A stretch of DNA of 64,000 nt, from the NCBI GenBank assembly GCA_963777945.1, contig CAVZSN010000011.1, forward strand, positions 164,303-228,302. The letters are read 5' to 3'. The notes beneath the pieces were generated by a model. The model had not been told where the DNA came from, did not search any database, and saw nothing but the letters and a program-made list of their open reading frames with translations. A program made the translations under genes and the position numbers. This DNA comes from an uncultured Actinomycetota bacterium. Lineage in GTDB: Bacteria; Actinomycetota; Thermoleophilia; RBG-16-64-13. The stretch's first letter is position 1, and every line of letters begins with the position of its first letter. This document shows, piece after piece, positions 24,251-36,235 of this stretch.

Positions 24251-24449
24251 ATGATCTACTACGTTATCCCCCGCGAGCTGGCGCACAAGTACTACAAGGA
24301 GTTCAAGAAGCGCTTCGCCGGCGTCGAGGGCGTCGAGGTCATCATCGACCGTCGCGAGTCCGACCGTCGCGCGTCCAGCGAGGGCGGCGAGCAGCGCGTG
24401 CTGCGCGATCGCAGGCGCCGCCGCCCGGCGGCTCGTTCCCGGACGTGTG
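24251..24449 (+). CDS. Small Arg-rich hypothetical protein (DRRxxDRR)
   Basis: GGAGG before ATG 24251; [40 protein letters not shown]; probable TGA stop near 24447 after one indel. Confidence 0.6.
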
Positions 24450-24452
24450 ACA

Positions 24453-25138
24453 CATGGCCCGTCTCCGGCCTGAGGCTGGATCTTCACAACCACACCTCGT
24501 TCTCGTCCGACGGGGTGATGTCCCCGGCCGAGCTACTTGAGCGCGGCCAAGCCCGCGCGGCCTCGACTGCATCGCCGTCACCGATCACAACACCGTGCGA
24601 GGGGGCCCTGAGGGCGCTCGAGCTCTGTCCGAGGCCGATCCCAGCTCTGCCCCGGGTCATCCCGGGGATCGAGATATCCACGGCCGACGGGGAGGTGATC
24701 GGCCTGTACGTGCGGGAGGACATCCCGGCCGGGCTTTCCGCTGGCGGAGGCCGTGGACCGCATCCGCGAGCAGGGGGGACTGGTCTACCTGCCCCATCCC
24801 TTCGACGTGTTCCGCCGCGGGAGCCATCTCCGGCGAGAGTACGAGACAGCGCCGCCCGGCAGGCCGACCTGGTGGAGGTGCTGAACGGTCGGTCGCTCGG
24901 GCCGCGTGCCGGTGCGAAGAGCTCGGCGCGGCTGGCGCGCGCGCCACGGCAAGCCGGGCGGCGGCGGGCAGCGACGCCCATCGCAAGCGCGAGGTGGGGC
25001 GAGCCTGCGTGGTCGTCGAGCGACTACCCACCCGGGAGACCTGGTGGCGCTGGTCGCCGCAGGAGTCGTGCACCACGGGCTGCGATGGCATGGGAATACC
25101 TGCTGAATTGGGGACTGCAGGCGTCGTCGCCGTGGTGA
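24453..25138 (+). CDS. PHP-domain metal-dependent phosphoesterase (frameshifted)
   Basis: LDLHNHTSFSSDG, AVTDHNTV, IPGIEIST, HPFDVFRR, EVLNGR. Confidence 0.82.
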
Positions 25139-25189
25139 CGCGCGTCCGGCGGAGGGTCACAGGCGACCTGGCCGAGGAGGTGAGCGCTC

Positions 25190-26240
25190 ATGGAGAGAGC
25201 CCGGCCCGTCCCGAGCAGGTGCGGGCCGGCCTCTGGGAGGACTGGCGGGGCGGACCTCAGCGTCCACTGCTTTCTCTGTGCCCACCACTGCCGCATCGCT
25301 CCCGGCGAGCGGGGTCTGTGCGGGGTGCGGGAGAACCGGGACGGGGTCCTCTACACCCTGGTCTACGGCTGTCCCGTGTCGACGGCCGTCGACCCCATCG
25401 AGAAGAAGCCGCTCTTTCACTTCCTCCCCGGCACCTCGAGCCTGTCCCTGGCCACGGTGGGCTGCAACTTCACCTGCAGCTTTCTGCCAGAACGCCGAGA
25501 TCAGCCAGATGCCGCGCGACCAGGGCCGGATCGCGGGCACGCCTCTCGCCGCGCGGCAGGTGGTCGACGAGGCGCTGGCCGCGCGGATGCGCCAGCATCT
25601 CCTACACCTACACCGAGCCGACCATCTTCTACGAGTACGCCCGCGACTGCGCCCGGCTGGCCTCGAGGCCGGGCTCAAGAACGTCTTCGTCACCAACGGC
25701 TACATGACGGCGGAGATGCTCGCCGACATCGACGGCGATCTGCACGCCGCCAACGTCGATCTCAAGTCGTTCTCCGACGAGTTCTACCGCACGTATGGTG
25801 GGCGCGCGGCTCAAGCCGGTGCTCGACTCCATCAGGCGGCTGCACGGGATGGGGGTCTGGATGGAGGTGACCACGCTTCTCATCCCTGGTCGCAACGACG
25901 GCGAGGACGAACTGCGCGATCTGGCCTCCTTCCTGGTCTCGGTCTCGCCGGACATCCCCTGGCACGTGTCGCGCTTCTACCCGACCTACCGGCTGCTCGA
26001 CGTGCCCCCTACTCCGGTCGCGACCGTGGAGAGGGCCGTCCGCATCGGGCAGCGAGGCCGGTCTGCGGTACGTCTATGGAGGCAACGTGCCCGGCCATTC
26101 ATCGGAGTCGACCGCGTGCCCGGTTTGCGGGGAGGTAGTGATCGAGCGGAGGGCAACAGGCTGCTCAGACAACAGGACGGCCGGGAGTTGCTGCCCCGAT
26201 TGCGGGCACAAGATCCCGGGTCATCTCGAGGAGGTACGAC
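25190..26240 (+). CDS. AmmeMemoRadiSam system radical SAM enzyme (frameshifted)
   Basis: CFLCAHHCRI, DPIEKKPLFHFLPG, GCNFTC-frameshift-CQNAEISQ, YTYTEPTIFYEY, VTNGY, NVDLKSF, PWHVSRFYPTY. Confidence 0.9.
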
Positions 26241-26241
26241 A

Positions 26242-27124
26242 ATGGTCCTCGTCGGCTGTTTCGCCACTCCCCATCCCCCCATCATCGTGCCCGAGGTGGG
26301 TGGAGCCAGCCTGGCCGAGGCGGAACCCACCGTCCGGGCCATGACCGTCGTGCGAGAGCGGGCGGCGCGCTCGCCCCCGACACGATCGTGCTGCTGTCGC
26401 CTCACGCCCCCTTGCCCGGAGCCAGATGGGCGTCTCGTTGGCCGCCTCGTACAAAGGGTCGCTCGCGTACTTCCGAGCCCCCTACGTGCGGGTCGAGGCC
26501 CTGCCGACGAGGAACTCGCCGCGGCGATCATGGAGCGGGCTGCGGATGCACGGGATCCCGGTGGTGCAGACCGCCTCGCCGGGCGAGATGTTCGATCTGG
26601 ACCACGGGGCCATGGTGCCTCTGGTCTACCTCACCGGAGACCTGAAGAATCCCTGCCGGCTGGTGCTCCTCTCCTTCTCGTATCTGAGTCTGGAGGAGCA
26701 CGTGCGCTTCGGCGGCGCCATCGGCGAGGCCCTGATGGCGGCCGAGCAGCGCGTGGTCTATGTGGCGAGCAGCGACCTCAGTCACCGGCTGATACCCGGG
26801 GCGCCCGCGGGCTACGACCCGCGGGCGGCGAAGTTCGATCAGGCCATCGCCGACACGTTCGCGGCGGGCGACTGGGAGGGGCTTCTCTCCATCGATCCCG
26901 GCCTGGTCGTCGGCCGCCGGGGAGTGCGGCTATCGCTCGTTGGCCGTGCTCTCGGGAGTGGTCGGAGCGTATGAGGCCGCAGGCGGGCAGACCCACAATC
27001 GCCTGCTCTCCTACGAGGGGCCCTTGGGCGTGGGATACCTGGTGGGCGAGGTGGAGATGACCGCGCCTGCCGCCGACCAGCGCCGGCGGGCCGGGAAGTC
27101 GCGCCGGAAGGAGCTCGGCCGTGA
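26242..27124 (+). CDS. AmmeMemoRadiSam protein B (Memo/LigB-like)
   Basis: ATPHPPIIVPEVG, LSPHAP, DLDHGAMVPL, VASSDLSHRL, SYEGPLGVGY. Confidence 0.88.
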
Positions 27125-27664
27125 ACGAGAAGCCGCCGACGACAGGGGACCCGCTCGTGGCGCTGGCGCGGCAGGCGGTAGAGAGCCTACGTCCGGGAAC
27201 GGCGGGTGGTCCACTCGGAGCCGTTGCCCGGCGCTGGAACAGCGCCGGGCCGGAGTGTTCGTCTCGCTCCACCTCCCCGACGGTTCGCTCCGCGGCTGCA
27301 TCGGGACCACCGCAGCCTACCCAGCCGGATCATCGAGGACGAGATCGTGCAGCAACGCCATCAGCGCCGCCACCCGCGATCCCCGCTTCTATCCCGATCG
27401 GGCCGCAGGAGCTCGCGGGGCTCGATATCTCGGTGGACGTGCTGGGTGAAGCGGAGGAAGTGAGCGGTCCCGAGGAGCTCGACCCCAGGCAGTTCGGGAT
27501 CATCGTGCAGACGGACGATGGCAGGCAGGCGCTTCTGCTGCCCGATCTGGAAGGGGTCGACACGGTCGACCAGCAGATCGGCATCACCTGCCGCAAGGGC
27601 GGCATCGACCCTCGACACGACCACTACCGGCTCTTCCGCTTTCGAGGTGGAGCGCCACCATTGA
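27121..27664 (+). CDS. AmmeMemoRadiSam protein A (AMMECR1 domain)
   Basis: LVALARQAVE, AGVFVSLH..DGSLRGCIGT, NAISAATRDPRF, ISVDVL, LLLPDLEGVDT, likely FEVERHH-stop; own AAGGAG + GTG. Confidence 0.88.
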
Positions 27665-27834
27665 GGGCTTGTGCGGTATCAGTAGTCCACGTGAAAGGCC
27701 CCGCTATCAAAGGGGAAGCATCTGTGCAGAGTACTAGTTCGAGCGCGGTAGCAGTCGGGCCGCGGCCGCGGAGTCGGAAGACCAGGCGGCGACTCACCAC
27801 CGGGTCGCTCGTGTGGCCGGGGCTCCTTCGGGTC

Positions 27835-28218
27835 ATGCAACGCCTTACTCACTACAAGCGCACCGACCTGCTCGAGTTCAGGCTGAGCTTCTCGGTCCGT
27901 GACCTGCTGGCCCCCAAGGGCCGCGCGGTCAAGGACCAGGTGGAGGCCCTCCTGCAGGCCGTGCAGAAGGCGGGCTCATATCAGGCGAAGGACGAAGCGG
28001 CCCGTGCCGTACACGCGGTCATGGACGTGCTCAAAGATCGCGTTCCGCCGGACGTCCTCGTGAAGCTGAGCGAGTCACTGCCCATACGTGAGGCGGCGCG
28101 GCTGCGCCGGGCGGCGGCTCAGAGGGTGGCGAAGGACACAGCGGAGGGGAGCGCGACGGCGGGGACTCCGACAGCTGCGGCCTCCGAAGTGGCCGGCCAG
28201 GATCGTCCTTCCGGCTAG
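27835..28218 (+). CDS. Hypothetical protein, DUF2267-like helical domain
   Basis: EAARAVHAVMDVLKDRVPPDVLVKLSESLP resembles the DUF2267 pattern; start uncertain. Confidence 0.5.
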   Translation: MQRLTHYKRTDLLEFRLSFSVRDLLAPKGRAVKDQVEALLQAVQKAGSYQAKDEAARAVHAVMDVLKDRVPPDVLVKLSESLPIREAARLRRAAAQRVAKDTAEGSATAGTPTAAASEVAGQDRPSG

Positions 28219-28225
28219 GAGCCCG

Positions 28226-29667
28226 CTAGCCTTTGACCACGCCCAGCGGGCGCAGGCGGGCCACTCTCGGCGATATGCCGGCTCGGTCCATGACGGCGAC
28301 CACGTGCTCCACGTCCTTGTAGGCTTCGGGCATTTCTTCCCCCAGGGTCTTGCGGCCCCTGTGAGCGGACTACGACGCCCGCTGCCGCGAGTTCCCGGTC
28401 GATGGACCTGCCTTTCGCCCGCTTGAGCGCCTGAGACCGGCTCATCACCCTTCCTGCCCCGTGACAGGTCGAACCGAACGTCTGCGCCAGGGCCTCCGCG
28501 GTGCCCCTACAGACGAACGAGGCCGTGCCCATGTCGCCGGGGATGAGCACCGGCTGTCCGACCTCGCGGTAGTCGGCAGGCACCTCGGGCCGGCCCGGCC
28601 CGAAGGCCCGGGTAGCCCCTTTCCGGTGGACGCAGGCCGTGACCTTCCGGCCTCCGACCGTGTGGGTCTCGATCTTGGCGATGTTGTGGGCCACGTCGTA
28701 GACGAGGCGCAGGTTGAGTTCTCTGGGGGAGATGCGCAAGCGCCTGGAGCAAGGCCTTCTCGACCAGGTGCATGATCATCTGGCGGTTCGCCCACGCGTA
28801 GTTGGCGGCGCAGGCCATGGCGGCGAGGTACGATCGTCCCTCTGACGACTCCACCGGGGCGCAGGCCAGCTGTCGATCGGGAAGGTCGATGCGGTAGCGC
28901 CTGCTGGCCTCGGCCATCACGCCCAGGTAGTCCTCGCATACCTGATACCCGAATCCCCTCGAGCCACAGTGCACCATGACGGTCACCTGACCCTCGTGAA
29001 GGCCGTAGGCCGCCGCCGCCTCCCGGTCGAAGATCTCGTCGACTCTCTGGATCTCGAGGAAGTGGTTCCCCGAGCCCAGCGTGCCCACCTGGTCCTGTCC
29101 ACGAGCGTAGGCTCTGTCGCTCACCGCGGCCGGATCGGCTCCCGGCAGAGCTCCGCCGTCCTCGGTATGGGACAGGTCTTCCGCCGAGCCGTAGCCGTGC
29201 TCGACCGCCCAACCCGCACCCTCGCGCAGCAGCCGTTCCAGTTCAGGGCGCGATAGTCTTCGCGATGGCTCCGCTCGAGCCCACGCCGGAGGGGACGTCG
29301 CGGAAGAGCTGGTCCACCACGCGGCTTGATCCTGCCCTCGAGATCGCCGACCTCGAGATCGGTGGCGAGCAGGCGGCACCCACAGTTGATGTCGTATCCC
29401 ACGCCTCCGGGCGAAACCACCCCGTCGTCGATGCTGAAGGCCGCCACCCCTCCGATGGGGAAGCCATAGCCGAAGTGGATATCTGGCATGGCCAACGAGC
29501 AGCAGAGGATGCCGGGCAGATGAGCGACGTTCGCCACTTGGGCCAGACTCTCGTCGCCGTGCAGCGCGTCGACCAAGGACTGGTCGGCATAGATCCGCCC
29601 GGGAACGCGCATGCCGCCGGTTTGCGGGCAGCTCCCACATCCAATCGGTGACCCTGACTAGGTCCAT
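28226..29667 (-). CDS. rtcB: RNA-splicing ligase RtcB (frameshifted)
   Basis: [77 protein letters not shown]. Confidence 0.95.
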
Positions 29668-29711
29668 CTCTGACCCTTCGTGCGCGACCATCCGGCCTGT
29701 CTCCTCGCCGA

Positions 29712-30230
29712 TCAGACGTCCAGCAGTACTCTCGCCCGCCAGTCTTCGTCAGCCACCTGCGTGACTTCGAGGTGATGGTAGGTCACGGCCTTGATCTCGG
29801 TGAGCGGAGGGTGGCGCTCCCGGTCCGTACGCTCGCCCCACAGGCGGGCTGCCAGTGTCCAAGCGCCGGTGGTCGGCCGGTCTGTCGTCGCCCGCACGCC
29901 GCCGGCGATGGTCGCGGCTGCCTGGTCGATCCGGGCGGCTGCAGCGACAGCCACAAAGCCCTCGGTGTCGAACGCGGTAGAGGGCCTCGGATAGGAGGGA
30001 CCGCAAGGCCTCCGTCAAGTCCGGATCCGCCGGCGCGCGAGCGTCAGCTCGTCCCGAGCCTCGAACTTCTCTAGGTCCGCGATCTGGTCGTAGAGAGCGA
30101 AGAGAGCATGCTCCACGAGTTCCGGCAGGTCGCGCCCGTGGATCTCCAGATAGAGGTCCGCGGGGTGCTCGAGCTCGCTGTACACCGCGGCTCGATCGCT
30201 CGGATGCCATCGCTGCGGGGCTTCCGTCAT
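29712..30230 (-). CDS. Archease (frameshifted)
   Basis: LEHPADLYLEIHG and EIKAVTYHHLEV...ARVLLDV; directly upstream of rtcB. Confidence 0.9.
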
Positions 30231-30251
30231 CGTCCGGGTGGTCCTCGCGCA

Positions 30252-32796
30252 TCACCGGCTGGGTCTGGCGGGGCGGCCTCCGGCGGGGCTGCCTCCCGTG
30301 GACCGTCCCGCGGGCCGACTCGCAGACCCTCCCGCGGACCGTACCCCAGACCTACGGGCCAGGGCCTTGTCGAGCACCGCATCGACGTGGTCGACGTAGG
30401 TGAACTGCAGCCCGGCGAGCAGGTCCTCGCCTCGTATCTCGTCCACGTCGGCCTCGTTGCGGTCGGGAAGGATCACGCGGCCGATGCCCGCCGCTCTGGC
30501 GGCAAGCACTTTCTCCTTGATGCCGCCGACGGGCAGCACCTGCCCGGTGAGGGTCACCTCCCCGGTCATGGCGGTGCTTGGATCGACCACCCGACCCGAC
30601 ACCATGCTGGCCAGAGCTACCGTCATGGCCACACCAGCAGAGGGGCCGTCCTTCGGTACCGCTCCCGCCGGGACGTGCACGTGGATATCGTGCTTCTTGA
30701 AGAACTCGGGGTCGGCGCCCAGGCGATCGGAGATGCTCCGCACGTAGGTGAGGGCGGCCTGAGCCGACTCTTTCATGACGTCGCCCAGCTGGCCGGTGAG
30801 CACCAGCTGCCCGTTGCCCGGCATCGCCCTGGCTTCGATGAACAGGATGTCGCCACCCGCCGGGGTCCACGCCAGACCGGTAGAGACCCCGGGGTCGCTG
30901 GTGCGCCGTTTGGTCTCGCGGAAGACCTTCTGCCGGCCCAGGAATCGCGTCACCTGCTTCTCGCCGACCGTGATGCGCCTGCGGCCTTCCTCGGCCACCA
31001 TGCGGGCGAACTTGCGGGCGATGGTGCCGATCTGGCGCTCGAGGTTGCGCACTCCCGCCTCGCGGGTGTAGTTCTCGATGACCGTCGTGAGCGCGGCGTC
31101 GGTGAGGGTGAGCTGGCCCGGCTTGAGACCGTTCCGCTCCAGCTGTCGTGGCACCAGGTACTGCCTGGCGATGTGCATCTTGTCCTGCTCGGTGTACCCG
31201 GCGATGGAGATGATCTCCATGCGGTCGCGTAGCGGGGCCGGGATGGTGTCGAGCATGTTGGCGGTGCAGATGAACATCACCCGGGACAGGTCGAAGGGCA
31301 GATCCAGGTAGTGGTCGCGGAAGGTGCTGTGCTGTTCCGGGTCGAGCACCTCGAGCATGGCGCTCGAGGGATCGCCGCGCCAGTCGGACCCCATCTTGTC
31401 GATCTCGTCGATCATGAACACCGGGTTGCTGCTGCCGGCATCGCGGATGGCCCGGATGATGGTGCCGGGCATGGCGCCCACATACGTGCGCCGGTGTCCC
31501 CGGATCTCGGACTCGTCGCGCACGCCGCCTACGCTGATGCGGATGAACTTGCGTCCCATCGCCCGGGCGATGCTCTTGCCCAGGCTGGTCTTGCCCACGC
31601 CGGGCGGGCCGACGAAGCAGAGGATGGGGCTGGTGACCTCCGCCTTGAGCTTCTGCACGGCCAAGAATTCGAGGATGCGGTCCTTGACGTCCTCCAGATC
31701 GTAGTGATCCTCGTCGAGCACCTTGACGGGCATGCGGCGACGTCGAGATTGTCCGGGGTGAGCACCGACCAGGGGAGCGACACGATCCAGTCGAGGTAGG
31801 TGCGGATGACTCCGTACTCGGCCGCCGCGGTGGGCAGCTTCGAGAGCCGGTCCAGCTCCCGGCGGGCCTGCTTGTCCACTTCTTCGGGCAGCCCGGCCTC
31901 GTCGATGCGCTTGCGCAGTTCGTTGACCTCGGCCTGAGTCTCGTCGGTCTCGCCCAGTTCGTCCTGGATGGCCTTGAGCTGCTGACGCAGGACGTACTCC
32001 CGTTGGGTCTTGTCCATCTCCGACTGGACCTGGTCCTGGATCTTGGAGCCCAACTCGAGGACCTCCAGCTCGCGGCTCATGAAGGCGGTCAGGCGGCGCA
32101 ACCGCTTGGAGAGGTCCACCTCCTCCAGCAGCTCCTGCTTGTCCTCGGTCTTGAGCCGCATGGTCGAAGCGATGAAATAGCCCAGCGCAGAGGGATCGTC
32201 GATGTTGGCCGCGGCCATCTCCAGCTCGTCGGGCAGATAGGGGACCAGTTGGATGATCTTGGTGTAGACCGAGATCAGGTTGCGCTGCAGGGCTTCGAGC
32301 TCCGTGCCCGGCTCCACGATGTCGGGTAGGTCGTGCACCACGGCGGTAAGGTAGGGTTCTTCGGACTCGAAACGCTCTATCTCGTATCCGCCTGATGCCC
32401 TGCGCGATGATCCGGAGAGTGCCGTCGGGAGCCTTGATCATCTTCTGGATGGTGGCGAGCACTCCGATGGTCTGGACGTCCTCGGGGCCCGGGACTCTCG
32501 ATGTCGGCGCTCTTGGAGGCCACCAACCCGACCTGCTTGTCGCCGCGCAGGATATCGTCGATGAGGTTGACCGACCGCGGTTGGCCCACCGCCAGCGGGG
32601 TCATGGTGTCGGGGAACACCACCGTGTCTTTGAGGGGGAGGATGGGCAACACGGCCGGAGAGGCGCCGATGATATCCGCAGGCTCGCGCGAGAGTATGAC
32701 GAAGTCGGTGCCTGCTGCCGCAAGGCCTTCCGGATCGTCGGAGCCGAAGCCAAGCGCCAGGGGACCGAAGTCGCTTTCACGGGCGGTCATGGTCAC
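30252..32796 (-). CDS. lon: ATP-dependent Lon protease (frameshifted)
   Basis: [58 protein letters not shown] (catalytic Ser), GGIKEK. Confidence 0.97.
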
Positions 32797-33260
32797 CGCC
32801 CCCCTTCGTCCGAGTCCTTCGGCGAGATGGGGATCTTCTTGCTGGCCGGGCGGGTCTTGACAGGCAGGACGATCTCCAGGAAGCCGCTGCTGTAGTCGGC
32901 GCGGGCCTTCGTGGCGTCCACCTCGGGAGGCAGCATCACCATGCGCTCGAAGCGGCCGTAGGCGATCTCCATCTGCTGATAGACGGCATCGGGGTGGCGC
33001 TGATCGAGGCGGACTCCGCTGACGCGGAGCACGTTGTCCTCGACCTCGAGGCTGACGTTGTCGGGGTCGACTCCGGACAGGTCGAGTTTGACCACCACGG
33101 CCTTCTGGCGTTTGTCGAAGTAGACGTCGGCACTGGGCCGGAAGGCCGCCTTGCCGTATCGAGGGACACGCTCGCCGCGCAGCAGGTCGAGGAACATGCT
33201 GTCGACCTCTCCCTGCAGCCGTTGGAAGCGGGCCGGATCGTCTTTGCGTCTTGGTTCCAT
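32793..33260 (-). CDS. Hsp20/alpha-crystallin small heat shock protein
   Basis: FRPSADVY, VVKLDLSGVDP, EIAYGRFERMVMLP, ADYSSGFLEIVLP. Confidence 0.9.
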   Translation of the reverse strand: MEPRRKDDPARFQRLQGEVDSMFLDLLRGERVPRYGKAAFRPSADVYFDKRQKAVVVKLDLSGVDPDNVSLEVEDNVLRVSGVRLDQRHPDAVYQQMEIAYGRFERMVMLPPEVDATKARADYSSGFLEIVLPVKTRPASKKIPISPKDSDEGGR

Positions 33261-33288
33261 CGCGACCTCGCCTTGTCGGTTTTGCCGC

Positions 33289-36063
33289 CTACTCTATTGC
33301 TCGAGAGCGTCCAAAGCTTCCAGCACCGTCCCCAACTGGTCGATGAGTCGTCCGTATTCGGCCCAGTCGCCCTGGCGCTGCGCCTCGAGGGCCTGGCTGA
33401 ACAGAGAGTTGGCCAGAGCGATCAGAGCGTTCGCGTCGCTGGGGAGGGTGGTGCCGGTGGTCGGGCCGGTCGTCGTCGTGGTCCCGCCCGGGGTGGTGGT
33501 GGTCGTTCCTCCGGGCGTGGTCGTCGTGGTGCCGCCCGAGGTGGTGGTCGTCGTCCCACCCCCGGACGCCGAAGATCTTCGCGATCGCCTCTCCGAGCGT
33601 GGGCTCCATGACCACTTGATCCCCGTAGGCCACGATGACCCGGGTGAGCTCGGGGATGGGGCTCTCAGATGCCTGCAGGTACAGGGGCTCGAAGTACATG
33701 AGCGACGTGTTGATGGGTACCACCAGGAGGTTGCCGCGGATCACCTCGCTACCGGCCTGATCCCACAGCGTCAGCTGCGCCGAGATGTCGGGCTCGTTGG
33801 TGATGCGGGCCTCGATCTGGGCGGGGCCGAAGACCAGCTTATCCTTGGGGAAGTCGAGGGTGAGGAGCTTCCCGTAGTTCTCTCCGTCCTGGCGCGCCAC
33901 GAGCAATGAAGCCATGTTCTGTCTTGCTGAGTGGGGAGAAAGGCAAGATCAGGGCGAACTCCGGCTCCGTCTGGCCGGGGAGCGCCAGCACCTCGTAGTA
34001 CGGGACCACCGGGATCTGCTCGGAGGCGTAGATCTCCATGGGGATCTCCCAGACGTCCTCCTTGTTGTAGAAGATGATGGGGTCCTTCATGTGATACGTG
34101 GCGAGCACTGTCCGCCTGCACGCTGTACACGTCTTCCGGATACCGGATGTGGCTGCGAAGATCGGCCGGCATCTGATCGCCCGGCGTGAACAGGCCCTCG
34201 AACACCTTGCCCCAGGCGTTCGCGATGGGGTCCTGGGAGTCGATCTGGTAGAAGGTGACCTGGCCGTCGTAGGCGTTGACCACCACCTTGATGGGGTTGC
34301 GGATGTAGTTGATCCCACCCTCGTGTGGCTGGGAATACGGGAAGCGGTCGGATGGTGGTGTACGCGTCCCACATCCACACCAGCGACCCGTCGTCGCGGA
34401 GCACGAGATACGGGTCGCGGTCGTACTGGAGGAACGGCGCGAGCGCCTGCACTCTCTCCCGGATAGTCCTGCTGGTACATGATGCGCGACTCGTCCGTGA
34501 GTGAGTCGGAGAACATGATCTTGAGGGTCCTGAAGCGGAAGCTGAAGGCAAGCTGCCGCGAGCTTGCTTTTGATCGCCACCCCACCGTCGCCGGCGTAGG
34601 TGGACGTTTCATTCGTGTCGCCCTTGGGATAGTCGAACTCGGGACTGGTCGTCTTGACGACGACGTACTCGTTGCCCAACTCGCCGTAGTAGATCTCCGG
34701 CCTGGTGATCTTGAGGTCGGTGTCGGTACGCGGTGGGATGTCGCGCACCCACAGCAGGGGCAGGCCGTCGCCGCCGGCTTCGTTCACCGGGCTCATGACG
34801 AACCCGTAGCCGTGGGTGTAGGTGAGATGCTGGTTCACCCAGGTCTGCGACTGGGTCTGCAGCTGGCTCTGGTCGAGCTCCCGGGCGCTGATGAGCACCT
34901 GACGGTACTTGCCGTCGACGATGTAACGGTCGACATCGACGTCGGTGAACGAGTAGTAGAGGCGGATCTCCTGGATCTGGGAGTAGGTGGACAAGGCCGG
35001 CCGCGGTTCCCACAAGCGGACGCTGGCCAGAGTGAGCCTCGTTGTCCTTGATCTCGGCTGCCGTGAGGTCCGCGGTGGCGGGATGAGGGACGCTGGTGAT
35101 GTTGCCGAGTCCGAAGGCGTAGCTGGTGGCCTCGATGTTGTCCGCGATGTAGGGCGACTCGGCGGTGATCTCGTTGGGAGACACCTTGTACTGCTGGACG
35201 ATGGCCGGGTAGACCTTGCCTGCCAACGCCCAGGTGAGGAACATGACGGCGATGGCGATCGCCGGAAGCCTCCAGCCCTTGTAGCGGATGTTGGCGAGGA
35301 ACAGTACGGCGGCCACCAGCGAGACGATCGCCAGAAAATGCAGCACCGGCAGTGAGGCATGCACGTCGGTGTAGCTGGCGCCGAACACGACGCCCCTGGT
35401 GGAGTAGTCGAGGGCCCAGGTCTGGATCATGTAGTCTCCGGCCTTGGCCACCATCGCCGCCGCCAGGATCACCGACAGATGAGCCTTGACGTGCGGAGCC
35501 AGACGTATGCGGTTACCGGCATCGAGCACTAGGGCTCGGTCCGCCAGATAGACCAGGGCCGTGGCCACGAACGTGAACAGCAGGGCCACGCCCACGAAGT
35601 CCACGAGCATGTCCCAGACCGGAAGGGTGAACACGAAGAAGGAAGCGTCCTTGCCGAAGAGAGGATCGGTGTAGCCGAAGTCACCCCGGTTGAGGAAGAG
35701 CAGGACTTCTTCCCAGCGGCTGCTGTATGTGGCTCCGACGACGATGGAGAGCGCTATCGCTATCAGCAGCAGGAGTCGCCCGGGCCACTTGCGGTTGGGC
35801 TTGAGCTCGAGAACATCCTCGTCACCCTCGCTCTGCACGGCCAGCAACCGCGGGGAGATCTTGCGGGCCAACCATAGGTTGCCGTAGAGGATTACGAAGA
35901 AGATCACGCCGAAAAACAGGCCCACACATATTCTGGCCACCAGGGGTGTCCAGAACACCGTGGTCTGGCCCACCTCGGCGAACCACAGGTAGTCCGTCCA
36001 GATGCGGGAGACGAGGCCGCCCAGCCCTACCACTATGGCTGCGATGATGAGGACGATCACCAA
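33289..36063 (-). CDS. UPF0182 family membrane protein (frameshifted)
   Basis: WTDYLWFAEVG, DPLFGKDASFF, GASYTDVHA, YYSFTDVDVDRY, HLTYTHGYG, RPEIYYGE, PGPAQ-like FGPAQIE, RGNLLVVP. Confidence 0.93.
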
Positions 36064-36235
36064 CCGCCGCAGTGGACCCGGCTTGAGTCGCAGGATGCGT
36101 TGCAGCCTGTCGGGTCCGGCCGGTTTCTTGGATTGTGTCGCTGATTTGCCTTGCGTTGTTGCGATAGCTACGGCCCTCTCTCTCGTGTGGGTCCGGTGTA
36201 GTGTCTCCAGAGTCGAAGAGACTCGGGAAAGTGGC

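Noticed and set aside
25795-27060. Radical SAM-Memo fusion ORF
   Set aside because: The frame wanders through off-frame sequence; the Memo gene has its own GAGGAGG and ATG at 26242.
27121-28218. AMMECR1 fused to a DUF2267-like domain
   Set aside because: The natural ending FEVERHH-TGA (27664) is one frame off; the intervening translation looks non-coding.
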